A stretch of 64,000 nucleotides of DNA. It comes from Alphaproteobacteria bacterium (lineage in GTDB: Bacteria > Pseudomonadota > Alphaproteobacteria > GCA-2731375). Position numbers and translations under genes: made by a program. The notes under the pieces were generated by a model. The model did not search any database and had not been told where the DNA came from. It saw only the letters and a program-made list of their open reading frames with translations. Of this stretch, positions 40,411-50,758 are shown one piece after another; the first letter of the stretch is position 1; every line of letters begins with the position of its first letter. The stretch is taken from the NCBI GenBank assembly GCA_965225945.1, contig CBDDBZ010000038.1:160001-224000 (forward strand), read 5' to 3'.

Positions 40411-41316
40411 ATGACCGATAGTGACAAGACCATCAGCCCGCTGCGCCAGCGCATGATCGACGACATGGTGCTTCGCGGCTTCAGTGCCAACACGCAGCGC
40501 GGCTACATCAGTGCGGTGGCCGGCTTTTCCGACTTTCTCGCACGCTCTCCGGATCGGGCGGAGGCGGAGGATCTCAGGCGCTATCAAGTGCATATGCGCA
40601 AAGCAGGCGCATCGGCGACGACGATGAACGCGGCGGTCTCGGCATTGCGGTTCTTCTTCGGCGTCACGCTCGGCCGAGGCGACGCCGAGATCGGCATGAC
40701 GACGGTGGCAATGCCGCGCAAGCTGCCGGTGATCCTGAGCGTCGAGGAAATGGCGCGGCTTCTCGATGCCGCCCCCGGTCCCAAATACAAGGCGGCCTTT
40801 TCGCTGGCCTATGGCGCCGGCCTGCGCGCTTCGGAGGTGGTCCATCTCAAGGTCCCGGACATCGACAGCAACCGCAAGACGCTTCGCATCGAGCAAGGTA
40901 AGGGCCGCCGAGATCGCTACGCCATGCTCTCGGATCGCGCCGTCGAGCAGCTCAGGGTCTGGTGGTTGCTTGGCCGCGCCCGCGGCGTGATGCTGCCCGG
41001 CGGTTGGCTGTTTCCAGGCCAGAACCCGGTCAACCCGTTGACCACCCGCCAGCTCCGTCGCGCCCTCGATGGCGCCAAGGCGGGGGCGGGGATCGAGAAG
41101 CGGATCTCGCTTCACACGCTGCGCCACTGCTTCGCCACCCATCTCCTCGAACAGGGCGTCGACATCCGCGTGATCCAGGTTCTACTGGGGCACAAGAAGC
41201 TGGAGACCACGGCTCACTACACCCAGGTCGCCAGCACCACCTTGCGGCGCGCCAAGAGCCCACTGGACCTGCTCGAGCCGCCGACGCCCAAGACCAAGCG
41301 CAAGCCGCCGAAGTGA
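40411..41316 (+). CDS. Tyrosine recombinase/integrase
   Basis: AGLRASE, GKGRRDR, HTLRHCFATH, LLGH and HY. Confidence 0.93.
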   Translation: MTDSDKTISPLRQRMIDDMVLRGFSANTQRGYISAVAGFSDFLARSPDRAEAEDLRRYQVHMRKAGASATTMNAAVSALRFFFGVTLGRGDAEIGMTTVAMPRKLPVILSVEEMARLLDAAPGPKYKAAFSLAYGAGLRASEVVHLKVPDIDSNRKTLRIEQGKGRRDRYAMLSDRAVEQLRVWWLLGRARGVMLPGGWLFPGQNPVNPLTTRQLRRALDGAKAGAGIEKRISLHTLRHCFATHLLEQGVDIRVIQVLLGHKKLETTAHYTQVASTTLRRAKSPLDLLEPPTPKTKRKPPK

Positions 41317-41329
41317 GCCGGCGGCCTCG

Positions 41330-42544
41330 GTGCCGCGTCCCGCGCTCGAGGTCCAGGACATCTTCCGCGACCACGGGCCCGGCTTCCGTCGGGCCCGGGC
41401 CGGTCGTCTGAGCCTCGGCCAACTGAAGGTCATGTCGGCGATCGAGTGTTGCCGCACCGCCGCGCTCGGCGGTCATGTCGCGGCCTGCGAGGACTGCGGG
41501 CAGAACCACATCGCCTACAATTCCTGTCGCAACCGCCATTGTCCCAAATGCCAAGGCCAGGTCGCGCGCGAATGGCTGGCGGCGCGAGAGGCCGAACTGC
41601 TCTCCGTCCCCTACTACCATCTCGTCTTCACCCTGCCAGCGGCGATCGCCGACATCGCCTATCAGAACAAGTCGGTGATCTACGATATCCTGTTCAAGGC
41701 GAGCGCCGAGACCATGCTCACCATCGCCGCCGATCCCAAGCATCTCGGCGCCAAGATCGGCATCACCGCCGTGCTCCACACCTGGGGCTCGGCCATGACC
41801 CACCATCCCCACATCCACATGATCGTGCCGGGTGGCGGAATCTCACCTGACGGTAGCAGTTGGATCTCTTGCCGGCCCGGCTTCTTCCTGCCCGTCCGCG
41901 TGCTCTCGCGCCTCTTCCGCCGCCTCTTCATCGAGAAGCTCCTCGCCGCCCACGAGGCAGGGCGCCTGAAGTTCTTCACCGACCACACCAGCCTCGCCGA
42001 GCCGGCGGCCTTCCGTGTCTTCCTCGCACCGATGCGCAAACAAGAATGGGTCGTCTACGCCAAGCCGCCCTTCGGCGGACCAGAGGCCGTGCTCGCCTAT
42101 CTCTCCCGCTACACCCACCGTGTCGCCATCTCGAACAGCCGCCTGGTCAGCTGCGACAGCCAAGGCGTCATCTTCAAGTACAAGGACTACCGGCGCAAAG
42201 GACGCGAGCGCTACAAGACCTTGCCCCTGGCCGTGCCCGAGTTCATCCGCCGCTTCCTCCTCCATGTCCTGCCCTCGGGCTTTCACCGCATCCGCCATTA
42301 CGGCCTCTTCGCCAACGGCGGTCGCACCCGCAACATCTCCCTTGCCCGCGAACTGCTTGCCATGCCGGCACCGGAGAGTGAGGCCGACGATGCCGCGAGT
42401 GACGATGATACCGAACCGCCGTCCCTCTCAGAGCCCTGCCCGCAGTGCGGCGGCCGTATGATCGTCATCGAGCGCTTCGAGGCCGGCGCCCAACCACGCG
42501 CCCCGCCCCGTGCACGGCCCCTGGCCAGGGCCACGGCAGCATGA
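41330..42544 (+). CDS. IS91-family HUH (Y2) transposase
   Basis: SCRNRHCPKC, HLVFTLP, HPHIH and YLSRY. Confidence 0.95.
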   Translation: MPRPALEVQDIFRDHGPGFRRARAGRLSLGQLKVMSAIECCRTAALGGHVAACEDCGQNHIAYNSCRNRHCPKCQGQVAREWLAAREAELLSVPYYHLVFTLPAAIADIAYQNKSVIYDILFKASAETMLTIAADPKHLGAKIGITAVLHTWGSAMTHHPHIHMIVPGGGISPDGSSWISCRPGFFLPVRVLSRLFRRLFIEKLLAAHEAGRLKFFTDHTSLAEPAAFRVFLAPMRKQEWVVYAKPPFGGPEAVLAYLSRYTHRVAISNSRLVSCDSQGVIFKYKDYRRKGRERYKTLPLAVPEFIRRFLLHVLPSGFHRIRHYGLFANGGRTRNISLARELLAMPAPESEADDAASDDDTEPPSLSEPCPQCGGRMIVIERFEAGAQPRAPPRARPLARATAA

Positions 42545-42559
42545 CCGACACCGCTTCGA

Positions 42560-43250
42560 ATAACGCTATTGCCGCCGCTCACCCGCGGCCACGATCCCGC
42601 TCGCCGCAACACCATCGAGCGCGCAGGGAACCACCTGCGAGACCCGCCGGCATCGACCCGAAGTCGCCATCAAACCACCCTGCCGGTGTCGTCGCCAATC
42701 AGATCCGAGCCATCCAGCAGCGCCGGCCACCCGAGAAAGCTGGCCCGCCGCTCGCAAATCCCCATAGACCGAGCGTGCCGCACCGCCGAGCCTAGTCCTG
42801 CCCGCGGTTTCCTCCCTTAAGCGTTGTCGGACACCTGCCGATCCAGTCCGCCGGATGCAACCCCTGCGCCTCGGCAGGTGTCCGACAACGCTTAACATAA
42901 CGCTATTGCCGCCGCTCACCCGCGGCCACGATCCCGCTCGCCGCAACACCATCGAGCGCGCAGGGAACCACCTGCGAGACCCGCCGGCATCGACCCGAAG
43001 TCGCCATCAAACCACCCTGCCGGTGTCGTCGCCAATCAGATCCGAGCCATCCAGCAGCGCCGGCCACCCGAGAAAGCTGGCCCGCCGCTCGCAAATCCCC
43101 ATAGACCGAGCGTGCCGCACCGCCGAGCCTAGTCCTGCCCGCGGTTTCCTCCCTTAAGCGTTGTCCGACACCTGCCGATCCAGTCCGCCGGATGCAACCC
43201 CTGCGCCTCGGCAGGTGTCCGACAACGCTTAACATACGACAACGCTTAAC
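42560..43250 (+). repeat. 337-bp tandem duplication of the element right end plus a 17-bp terminal reiteration
   Basis: Units 42560-42896 and 42897-43233; then ATACGACAACGCTTAAC at 43234-43250. Confidence 0.9.
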
Positions 43251-43330
43251 ATAGGAAATTTGGAACTGGCCCATCGTCTGTAGATTGCGAGATAGTTTGT
43301 CGTTAAGGTTTCTCGGGAGGGAGGAGTTCT

Positions 43331-44140
43331 ATGTCCGACGCCAACCTATGGGATCTGAGCGGTAATGCCGCAGAGCAATACGAGAAGATTCCAGCTCGAT
43401 ACATTTTAGGACCATGGGATCCCTGTCTTGTCGAGGCTGCCGAAATTCAGCGCGATGAGAGAGTATTGGACATCGCTTGCGGGACAGGTGTGGTTACGCG
43501 TGCTGCCGCGGAGAGACTTGGTCCAGCAGGTCACGTTACGGGTCTGGATTTGAACGAAGGAATGCTCGAAGTCGCAAGATCATTGGGAGATTCCGGCAGC
43601 AGTAATATCGCCTGGGTACAGAACAGCGCGACTGAAATCGATTTTTCCGACGACAGTTTTGATGTTGTCTTGTGCCAACAAGGTTTACAGTTTTTTGCAG
43701 ATCAACGGAGAGGGCTGCGAGAAACGCATCGTGTTCTGCGAGGTGACGGTCGAACGTACTTTAGCGTTTGGCGCGGGGCAGGTCCCTATAACGATGCGTT
43801 GGGCGGTGCACTCTCGAAGCACATCGATGAGGATACGTCACAGAGATATTTAGCCTCCCGCGAAGTGCCCGATGCCAATGCGCTCCAGTCGATGTTTAAC
43901 GACACAGGCTTTAGGCAAGTGAGCATCACGCCTATTGATATGGAGGTGCGTTTGCCCGAGATCGAAAAATTCATTCTGGCGCACCTCCGAGGAACGCCTG
44001 TTGCTGGCGCGGTCGAAGCACTTTCTGAAGATGCACAATCTGCAATCGTGGAGGCCGCCGTTAGAGACCTTTCAAAATTTGCTGACGGCTCTGATGTGAT
44101 TGTGCCTGATACCATAAATCTTGTGTCGGCAAGAAAGTAA
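43331..44140 (+). CDS. Class I SAM-dependent methyltransferase (UbiE-like)
   Basis: VLDIACGTG and FDVVLCQQGLQFF; visibly lower GC than flanks. Confidence 0.9.
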   Translation: MSDANLWDLSGNAAEQYEKIPARYILGPWDPCLVEAAEIQRDERVLDIACGTGVVTRAAAERLGPAGHVTGLDLNEGMLEVARSLGDSGSSNIAWVQNSATEIDFSDDSFDVVLCQQGLQFFADQRRGLRETHRVLRGDGRTYFSVWRGAGPYNDALGGALSKHIDEDTSQRYLASREVPDANALQSMFNDTGFRQVSITPIDMEVRLPEIEKFILAHLRGTPVAGAVEALSEDAQSAIVEAAVRDLSKFADGSDVIVPDTINLVSARK

Positions 44141-44327
44141 AGGCTAGCTCGGAACCAAGCTAACTTCCGGGTTGGGTCACGAATCTCTGTCAAGCATCTT
44201 GTATTGGAGCGTCCGGACCTGGGGGTGCTCCCGACGTCGATTCGGTGAAAGCTGACATTTTCCCGCGAGTGTCTGCTGTTGGGGGTAGGGTATCGTCCGA
44301 CCTTGGTGAATGGCTATGGAGGTACGG

Positions 44328-45080
44328 ATGAGGTTAGCAGGAAAGGTCGCGCTGATCAGTGGCTCGGCGCGAGGAATGGGTGCCGAGGGAGCCAGGCTGT
44401 TCGCCCGGGAGGGCGCGCGGGTCGTGCTCGGCGACGTGCGCGACGAGGCGGGAGAGCAGGTCGTGGCGGAGATTCGCGAGCAGGGCGGCGAGGCGACCTA
44501 CGCGCGCCTGGACGTGTCCGACGAGGCGGCATGGCGGGAGGCCGTGGCAGACGCGGAATCGACCTACGGGCAGTTGGACATTCTGGTCAATAATGCCGGC
44601 ATCGTCAGCTACAGCAAAGGCGACGACGACAGCATCGAGGACTTCGACCGGCTTATGGAAGTCAACGCCAGGGGGACCTACGTCGGCATGCGCGCCGCCA
44701 TACCGGCCATGCGTCGCGCGGGCGGCGGCTCCATCGTCAACATCTCATCGATTTCGGGTCTGGTCGGTCAGAGGCACGTCCACGCGGGATACAACGCCTC
44801 GAAGGGCGCGGTGTGCATCATGACCAAATCGATGGCGGTGCAGCACGCCCAGGATGCCATTCGCGTCAACTCGGTGCATCCGGGGCCCATCCAGACCGAC
44901 ATGACCAAGGAAGCTTGGATGGACCCGGAGCGTCGCCGACGGACCGAGCAGAGCACCCCGCTCGGCCGCTACGGGCTACCGCTCGACGTAGCTTACGCCG
45001 TGCTCTTCCTGGCATCGGACGAAGCGGCGTACATCACGGGCGCCGAGCTGGTCGTGGATGGCGGCTACACGGCGCAGTAG
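44328..45080 (+). CDS. Short-chain dehydrogenase/reductase
   Basis: SGSARGMG, NNAG and YNASK. Confidence 0.93.
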   Translation: MRLAGKVALISGSARGMGAEGARLFAREGARVVLGDVRDEAGEQVVAEIREQGGEATYARLDVSDEAAWREAVADAESTYGQLDILVNNAGIVSYSKGDDDSIEDFDRLMEVNARGTYVGMRAAIPAMRRAGGGSIVNISSISGLVGQRHVHAGYNASKGAVCIMTKSMAVQHAQDAIRVNSVHPGPIQTDMTKEAWMDPERRRRTEQSTPLGRYGLPLDVAYAVLFLASDEAAYITGAELVVDGGYTAQ

Positions 45081-45239
45081 CACCAAAGCCGATAAAACGG
45101 TGCGCCCAATGTAACGCCCAAATCCGCGCCCGCTTCGCACACGCGCGAGGACGATCTCAACCGCTATGTCGAGGGTTTCCACCACGGCTGGGGTTGGATT
45201 CCTCGTTAGGACTATATCGTGAGTTAGCTCGGCCTTCGC

Positions 45240-45850
45240 CATCCACAAACAAATTTGCTTTGGCCTTATTCTGGCATCAGCAGGGAATACAGCCAGCACC
45301 TCGCATCGCCGTCATTGGAACCCGGGAGCCCAGCGACGATGGCTTTCGCCGGGCGCGAAGGATTACCGAGCTACTGGTCGAGAAGGGCTATACCTTCGTT
45401 TCCGGTCTCGCCGCCGGGATCGATGGCGCCGCGCACCGGACCGCGATCGAAGCCGGCGGCCGTACGATTGCCGTCATCGGCAGGTCGATCTAACTGGCCT
45501 ATCCGATCGAGGACGCCGCGCTTCAGGATCGGATCGCCGACGACCATCTGCTGATCCCACAGGTTCCGGCGCTTCGGTATGCCGCTCAGGATCCCGGTCG
45601 AAACCGCTACTTCTTCCCCGAGCGCAACGCGACAATGAGCGCCTTGACGAAGGCCAGCATCATCGTCGAGGCGGGGGCGACCTCCGGTACCCTCGCGCAG
45701 GCCCGAGCCGACTTCCATCAAGGTCGGAAGCTCTTCATCCTGAACCCGTGCTTCGAAACATCCGGTCTGACGTGGCCGGCCAGGCTGGAACACGAACATG
45801 GCGCCATTCAGGTGCGTGAGCCTGATGACATCTGGTCCGCTCTCGCCTGA
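45240..45850 (+). pseudogene. DprA/Smf-family remnant, 5'-truncated with an internal stop
   Basis: IAVIGTR, VSGLAAGIDGAAH, FPERN and IVEAGATSGTL; TAA at 45491. Confidence 0.8.
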
Positions 45851-46079
45851 AACGTCGAGAGAAACGCGACTGGGCGATGGCGGCATGGAAGGCCAGGCTG
45901 TACGATTTTGGGTGATCGCTGCCATCATGGAGCTGGAGGCGAGTAGGTCCGATGGAACAGTTCATTGAGCAGCTAATTCCGCCGGTACCGCCCCGGCCAA
46001 TGCCGGCATATCGGCTATCGGGGTATAGTCGCCGTCGGGCCGAAATGCCGGTCACGCCCGGCATTAGCCACAGGAAAAT

Positions 46080-47933
46080 TCACGACTCTCCCCTACCCGA
46101 CGCCTCGGCCGCCTCCATCGCCGCCGGCACGTCCTCGTGGATCCTGCCACCGCGGTGAAGGCGTCGGGCAATATCGGCGGTCTGGTACTGAGACCGTTCT
46201 GTGGGCGAATGGGCGGCAAGGAACCGCGCAACGCCGATGAGGATGTGTCCGCCTTCTTCCGCGCCCTGCCAGCTTTGGTACTGGCGCACCCCAGCCTCCA
46301 GGTTCTGATAAGCGTGAAAGCCCGCGTCCTCGCGCAACAGTGCCCGGGCGAGGGTCACTATCAGCGGTGCGCTCGGGTGCTTCTGGCCGAGAAACCGGGT
46401 AACGATTCGTGCCGCCGCGTCGACCTGGCTTTGCCGGTCCATCACCTCGAGCAACAGGCGGCACAGCCCGTCCGCGTCATCCGGCAAATCGTCGAGCGAA
46501 TCTCCCTGCGCACCGGGCAGTAGGGCGGGCGGGACGTTGAGGTAGCGGTTGACATAAAGCGCCATGGCGCCGTGGAAGACGCCGCGCAAGATATCGGGGT
46601 CGGGGTCCGGGGCGCCGGCGCCCGCCTGCTCCTCACCTTGCGCCCGCGCAAGCAGTGCATCGAGGGCGCTGCAGTAGGTGAAGCTGTGATGGGCCGAGTT
46701 CCAATCAGAATGTTCGTTGGCGGTGCCGAAGCGGGCGAGACGGAGCGCAGCCGCGTAGGCGAGCGTCCGGCCGAGGTCCGTTGCCCGGGCGCCGCTAAGA
46801 ACGGCTTCCTTGATGGCCCCCACGATCGCTTCGGCGTCGTCGGCGAGCATGTCCTCGGCGAGTGTCCGGTGGTGCCGCCATGTGCCCGCTTTGGCCCGGC
46901 CCTCGCCGATCAAGTCCGGAAGCTCGGCAAAAGCATTCTCCAGAATTGGCACCAGGTCCACGGGATGGCGCCAGGTGTTCGATTCTTCCCGCCCTTTTGA
47001 CGAAACCAACCCGCGCACCACGCTCGGCAAGATGTCGGTGGCATGCTCCCAGCCGATGACGTCGAGGCATTCGAGGGCCTTGTTGATGAAATCAAGCGCA
47101 TGGCCGCCATCGGCGTAATACCTGTCGGTGACAGCCGAAAGCAGCATATTCGCGAGCTGGCTCTGGCTGGCCCCGGATGCGATCGCCGTGATCAGGGTGC
47201 GTTCGGCGCCGTCGCGGTGGCGGACGAGGGTCCAGCGCCTGAGCCAGCGCTTCAGGGTCGCAAGATTTGGCGCGTGATCTCCCAGCTTGTCCCGCCCCCG
47301 GCGCGGCGCTTCGCCGGCGCAATCGGCGGCCACCCGGCGCACGCCCTTGTAAAGGGCGAGGGTGGTCTCGTCCTCCGGCAGGGCGGGCATGAGTTTGGCG
47401 AGTGCCGTGAGCACGGTGAGGCCGGTTCCCCAGTCGTCCCGGTTGCGGGCCCCGAACAGGGCCGCCTCGCGGACCACGCTCCGCCAGTCGGTGTCCGATT
47501 CTTGCAAGGCCAGCACCGACTTGGCGATGACGAGGCCGAGGTTGTGGGCCATGCCGTGGGTGAGGCGGCGGTGCCAATGGGCGGCCCCGTCGGCGTGACG
47601 GCATTCGCGCCCCACCCAGACCTCGCCGTCGCGCAACTCAACGGGCGCGCTCGGCACGTCGTCCGCCCAGAGGTCGAATGTGGCGCCACTCTTGATGTCG
47701 AAGCGGGCATGGTGCCAGTGGCAAGTGAGGATGCCGTCCTCGACGGACCCGCGATGGAGTGGAAATCCGAGGTGGGGACAACGGTTGTCCAGCACATGCA
47801 CCTCGCCCTCGTCATAAATGACCAGGAGCGGGCAGCGCCCGCCGCCGACCACCATCTTGCCCTTGGCTTTGAGTTCGTCCAGGGTGCAGGCGCGTATGAA
47901 AGCGTCGCGGATTACGTTACCGGTTGCGTCCAT
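46080..47933 (-). CDS. Rieske [2Fe-2S] domain protein with a large helical C-terminal region
   Basis: CPHLG...CHWH Rieske motif; start at MDATGN. Confidence 0.85.
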   Translation of the reverse strand: MDATGNVIRDAFIRACTLDELKAKGKMVVGGGRCPLLVIYDEGEVHVLDNRCPHLGFPLHRGSVEDGILTCHWHHARFDIKSGATFDLWADDVPSAPVELRDGEVWVGRECRHADGAAHWHRRLTHGMAHNLGLVIAKSVLALQESDTDWRSVVREAALFGARNRDDWGTGLTVLTALAKLMPALPEDETTLALYKGVRRVAADCAGEAPRRGRDKLGDHAPNLATLKRWLRRWTLVRHRDGAERTLITAIASGASQSQLANMLLSAVTDRYYADGGHALDFINKALECLDVIGWEHATDILPSVVRGLVSSKGREESNTWRHPVDLVPILENAFAELPDLIGEGRAKAGTWRHHRTLAEDMLADDAEAIVGAIKEAVLSGARATDLGRTLAYAAALRLARFGTANEHSDWNSAHHSFTYCSALDALLARAQGEEQAGAGAPDPDPDILRGVFHGAMALYVNRYLNVPPALLPGAQGDSLDDLPDDADGLCRLLLEVMDRQSQVDAAARIVTRFLGQKHPSAPLIVTLARALLREDAGFHAYQNLEAGVRQYQSWQGAEEGGHILIGVARFLAAHSPTERSQYQTADIARRLHRGGRIHEDVPAAMEAAEASGRGES

Positions 47934-48040
47934 ATCCCCTTGTCCCCAGGCCGGCAAGCCGAGATCCCCCAAATGGCGCCCCCAGTTGCCGACGATGGTA
48001 GCACGATGGGCGTTTGCACCACGATTCCAGTCGCATGATC

Positions 48041-49223
48041 TAGTGTCCCGATTCCGAAGTTCGCATGATTTTCGCCTGCTGTTCAGCGATTTCGATTGTT
48101 CGGAGGCAGAACCGCTGGATGGCGGCGAGGATGTCATCGGCGGATTTGGTCCATTTGAAGGGTTTGGGGTTCTGGTTTGTCGTGTCGATGTAGTCGAGGA
48201 TGGTGCGCTCCAGCTCCTTGGTGGAGCGATGGACGCCGCGCCTGATCTGTTTGTCGGTCAGCAGCCCGAACCAGCGCTCGACCTGGTTGAGCCAGGAGGC
48301 GCTGGTGGGTGTGAAATGGGCCTGCCAGCGCGGCCGTTTGGCGAACCAGTCGCGGATCGCCTTGGTCTTGTGGGTCCCGTAGTTGTCCATGACGATGTGG
48401 ATGTCGAGATCACCAGGGACGTTCGCCTCGACGAGGTCGAGGAATTTGCGGAACTCTCGGGCCCGATGGCGCGGGAAACATTTGCCGATGATCTCTCCCG
48501 TGGCGATGTCGAGGGCCGCGAAGAGAGAGGTCGTGCCGTGGCGCTTGTAGTCGTGGCTGCGCCGCTCCGCCTGCCCGGGGCGCATCGGCAAGAGGGGCTG
48601 GGAACGGTCCAAGGCCTGGATCTGGCTCTTTTCGTCGACACAGAGAACCAGGGCACGATCCGGCGGCGCCAAATACAGACCGACGATGTCGCGGACCTTC
48701 TCCACGAAGAAGGGATCGCTCGACAGCTTGAAGGTCTCCGAGCGATGCGGCTGCAAGCCGAAGGCCCGCCAAATGCGATGAATGGTCGAGGGCGCGTGGC
48801 CGCTCGCCCGCGCCATCGAGCGAAGGCTCCAATGGGTCGCGTCCGGCGGCGTCTCTTCCAGCGTCAGCCGGACCGCTTCCGCGATGGCGTCATCGCCGAT
48901 TTGGCGCGGCGCGCCGGGGCGGGGTTCGTCGTACAGACCGTCGAGGCCCTCCGCCGCATAGCGGCGACGCCACTTGCCCACGGTGTCCGCGCTCGCCTCG
49001 AGACGAACGGCGATCTCCTTGTTCTCCAACCCTTCCGCCGCCGCCAAGACGATCCGAGCCCGCCGCGCAAGCCCCTGCGACGTCTTGCGACGACGAGACA
49101 GCGCCTCCAATTCGGCGCGCTCGTCATCGCTCAAAGAGATCGTCACCGCCACTCTCGCCATCAATCGCGCCTCCTGAAAACAAATAGAGACATAATCATA
49201 TCAATTTATCGATCAGGACACTA
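48041..49223 (-). mobile_element. IS630-family element B copy 2 (transposase 48040-49164)
   Basis: 1183 bp, near-identical to 29274-30456; CTAG at both ends. Confidence 0.93.
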
Positions 49224-50003
49224 GCAGGTGCGGAGGCATTCGGCTCGGCCGTCTCTCACGCCATGGAGGTCGGGCGCCTTCTGATGGAGGCGAAGGAGAT
49301 AGTACCGCATGGCAGTCGTGGTGACGTCGAGTGCCCCCACCTCCGGGGCGTGAAGCTCGACGGCGGGGGCCGCGCGCCTGGGCGTGGTTCTCGCCACCCA
49401 TTTCGTCGCGCCCGTCAAGTGTAGCCCCCGGTTGCACCCCACGGAAGTCGCGTCGAGCAATCTGCATGGCGGGTGTGCCCCGCCACCGGTTCTGACCCCG
49501 ACGGCGGGGGCCGCGCGGCGCGGGGCGCGTAGCGTCACCCCTTTTCGTCGCGCATCGCCAGTGTAGGCGGTTCACGGCTTCCCGAAAACGTCATCACCGC
49601 CCGTTTCGGGACACGAGGTTTCAGGAAACAGTTTCGGGAGACGAGAAGCGGCGGAAACGTGTCGCGACGCCAGCCCCGCGACGGGGCGGCCGGCGCCGCC
49701 CTCGACCCGTACCTATGTCGGCTATCGGGGGTAGACTCCCCGTCGGGTCGGGGTGCCGGTCATGCCCGGTGCTAGCCAACGATCGGGATAGGGGGGCGCC
49801 TCGCGGCGCCGCCCCTCCCACACCACCTGGCATACGGGTCACGTACCTCGGCGGTTCGACCGGGTTAAGCATGGGCAGAGACATGGAGTCTGGGGAGACC
49901 GAATGAGTCGAAAGCGTGGTTTCGCAGGGCCATTTGGACCGCCGGGTGTCCGGACATGCGCCAGAACCCGGTCGGTGAACCGGCTGCGACCGCTGCATTG
50001 AAC

Positions 50004-50758
50004 CTTGCCTATCCGGTTATCACCCACACCCACTATATGTAGTGTGCACCCATTTTCCTGAGTAAAGCTCGGTGCAGGTCGAAGCGGAGATATCTCCGGC
50101 GATGCCGAGCAGGGACTCGGACGGCATTGTAGCGCCTTTTAGGCGACACTTTAGCGTGGTGGAAATCCTAATCATTGAGTCGGATTTGGCAAAACGCCAC
50201 GTTGCATAAAGGACCGTCACTTCATTGAAATTTATCTGAAATCGGAGGTGAACGACACCGATGGAATATTCCAGGAAATCAGAGCTTCATTGAATTGTAG
50301 GATTCGAGTGCCGGATTATTCACAAATAGCTCTGTGAACTGGTTTTCAAGTTCGCTCAATACGTCATATGAAGTAAACGGATTGAGGATCACGTTCTTGC
50401 GTGTCGCTTCGTCTTCGCTGCGACTCAAAACGCGCAGGAGACTAACAGGCGCGGACGGGTTCTTCGCAACGATTCGTGCCAGCGCGTCGCTTTCTTCGAC
50501 TAGTGCCGTCAATCGCTCAGACGATGTCGTTTCATCAGCAGCTTCCCGTCTGGCCGTGGGTTTCTTCGTTTTTCCCTTGGTCGCCACCGTTCCGTCCCCC
50601 GATGTTAAGTACGTGACGTGAATTAAACTCCGGTTCGGTTTTCAGAACAATCAAGAATTAGCCGGATCGCCTCCTCAATGCGCCTGCGCCGGCCCTTGCC
50701 TGCAGTCCAAGGAGACACACTACATATAGTGGGTGTGGGTGATAACCGGATAGGCAAG
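50004..50758. mobile_element. Non-autonomous IS1595-derived mini-element with cargo
   Basis: Perfect 43-bp TIR; 8-bp TSD CATTGAAC at 49996-50003 and 50759-50766. Confidence 0.92.
50279..50587 (-). CDS. Cargo ORF resembling a leucine-rich-variant (LRV)/HEAT-like repeat protein
   Basis: VAKNPSAPVSLLRVLS / VILNPFTSYDVLSEL / FVNNPAL repeats; GGGGGA upstream of GTG. Confidence 0.6.
   Translation of the reverse strand: MATKGKTKKPTARREAADETTSSERLTALVEESDALARIVAKNPSAPVSLLRVLSRSEDEATRKNVILNPFTSYDVLSELENQFTELFVNNPALESYNSMKL

Larger units (their letters stand above)
40289..43250 (+). mobile_element. IS91-family element with an upstream tyrosine recombinase, copy 1
   Basis: Left end GAAC + ACCGC/GCGGT hairpin; right end hairpin ...CGCTTAAC; boundaries set by comparison with copy 2. 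Confidence 0.88.

Noticed and set aside
40411-41316. Integron integrase with a cassette array
   Set aside because: Appears to lack the IntI-specific insertion; downstream genes show no repeated attC sites; it travels with the IS91 transposase in both copies
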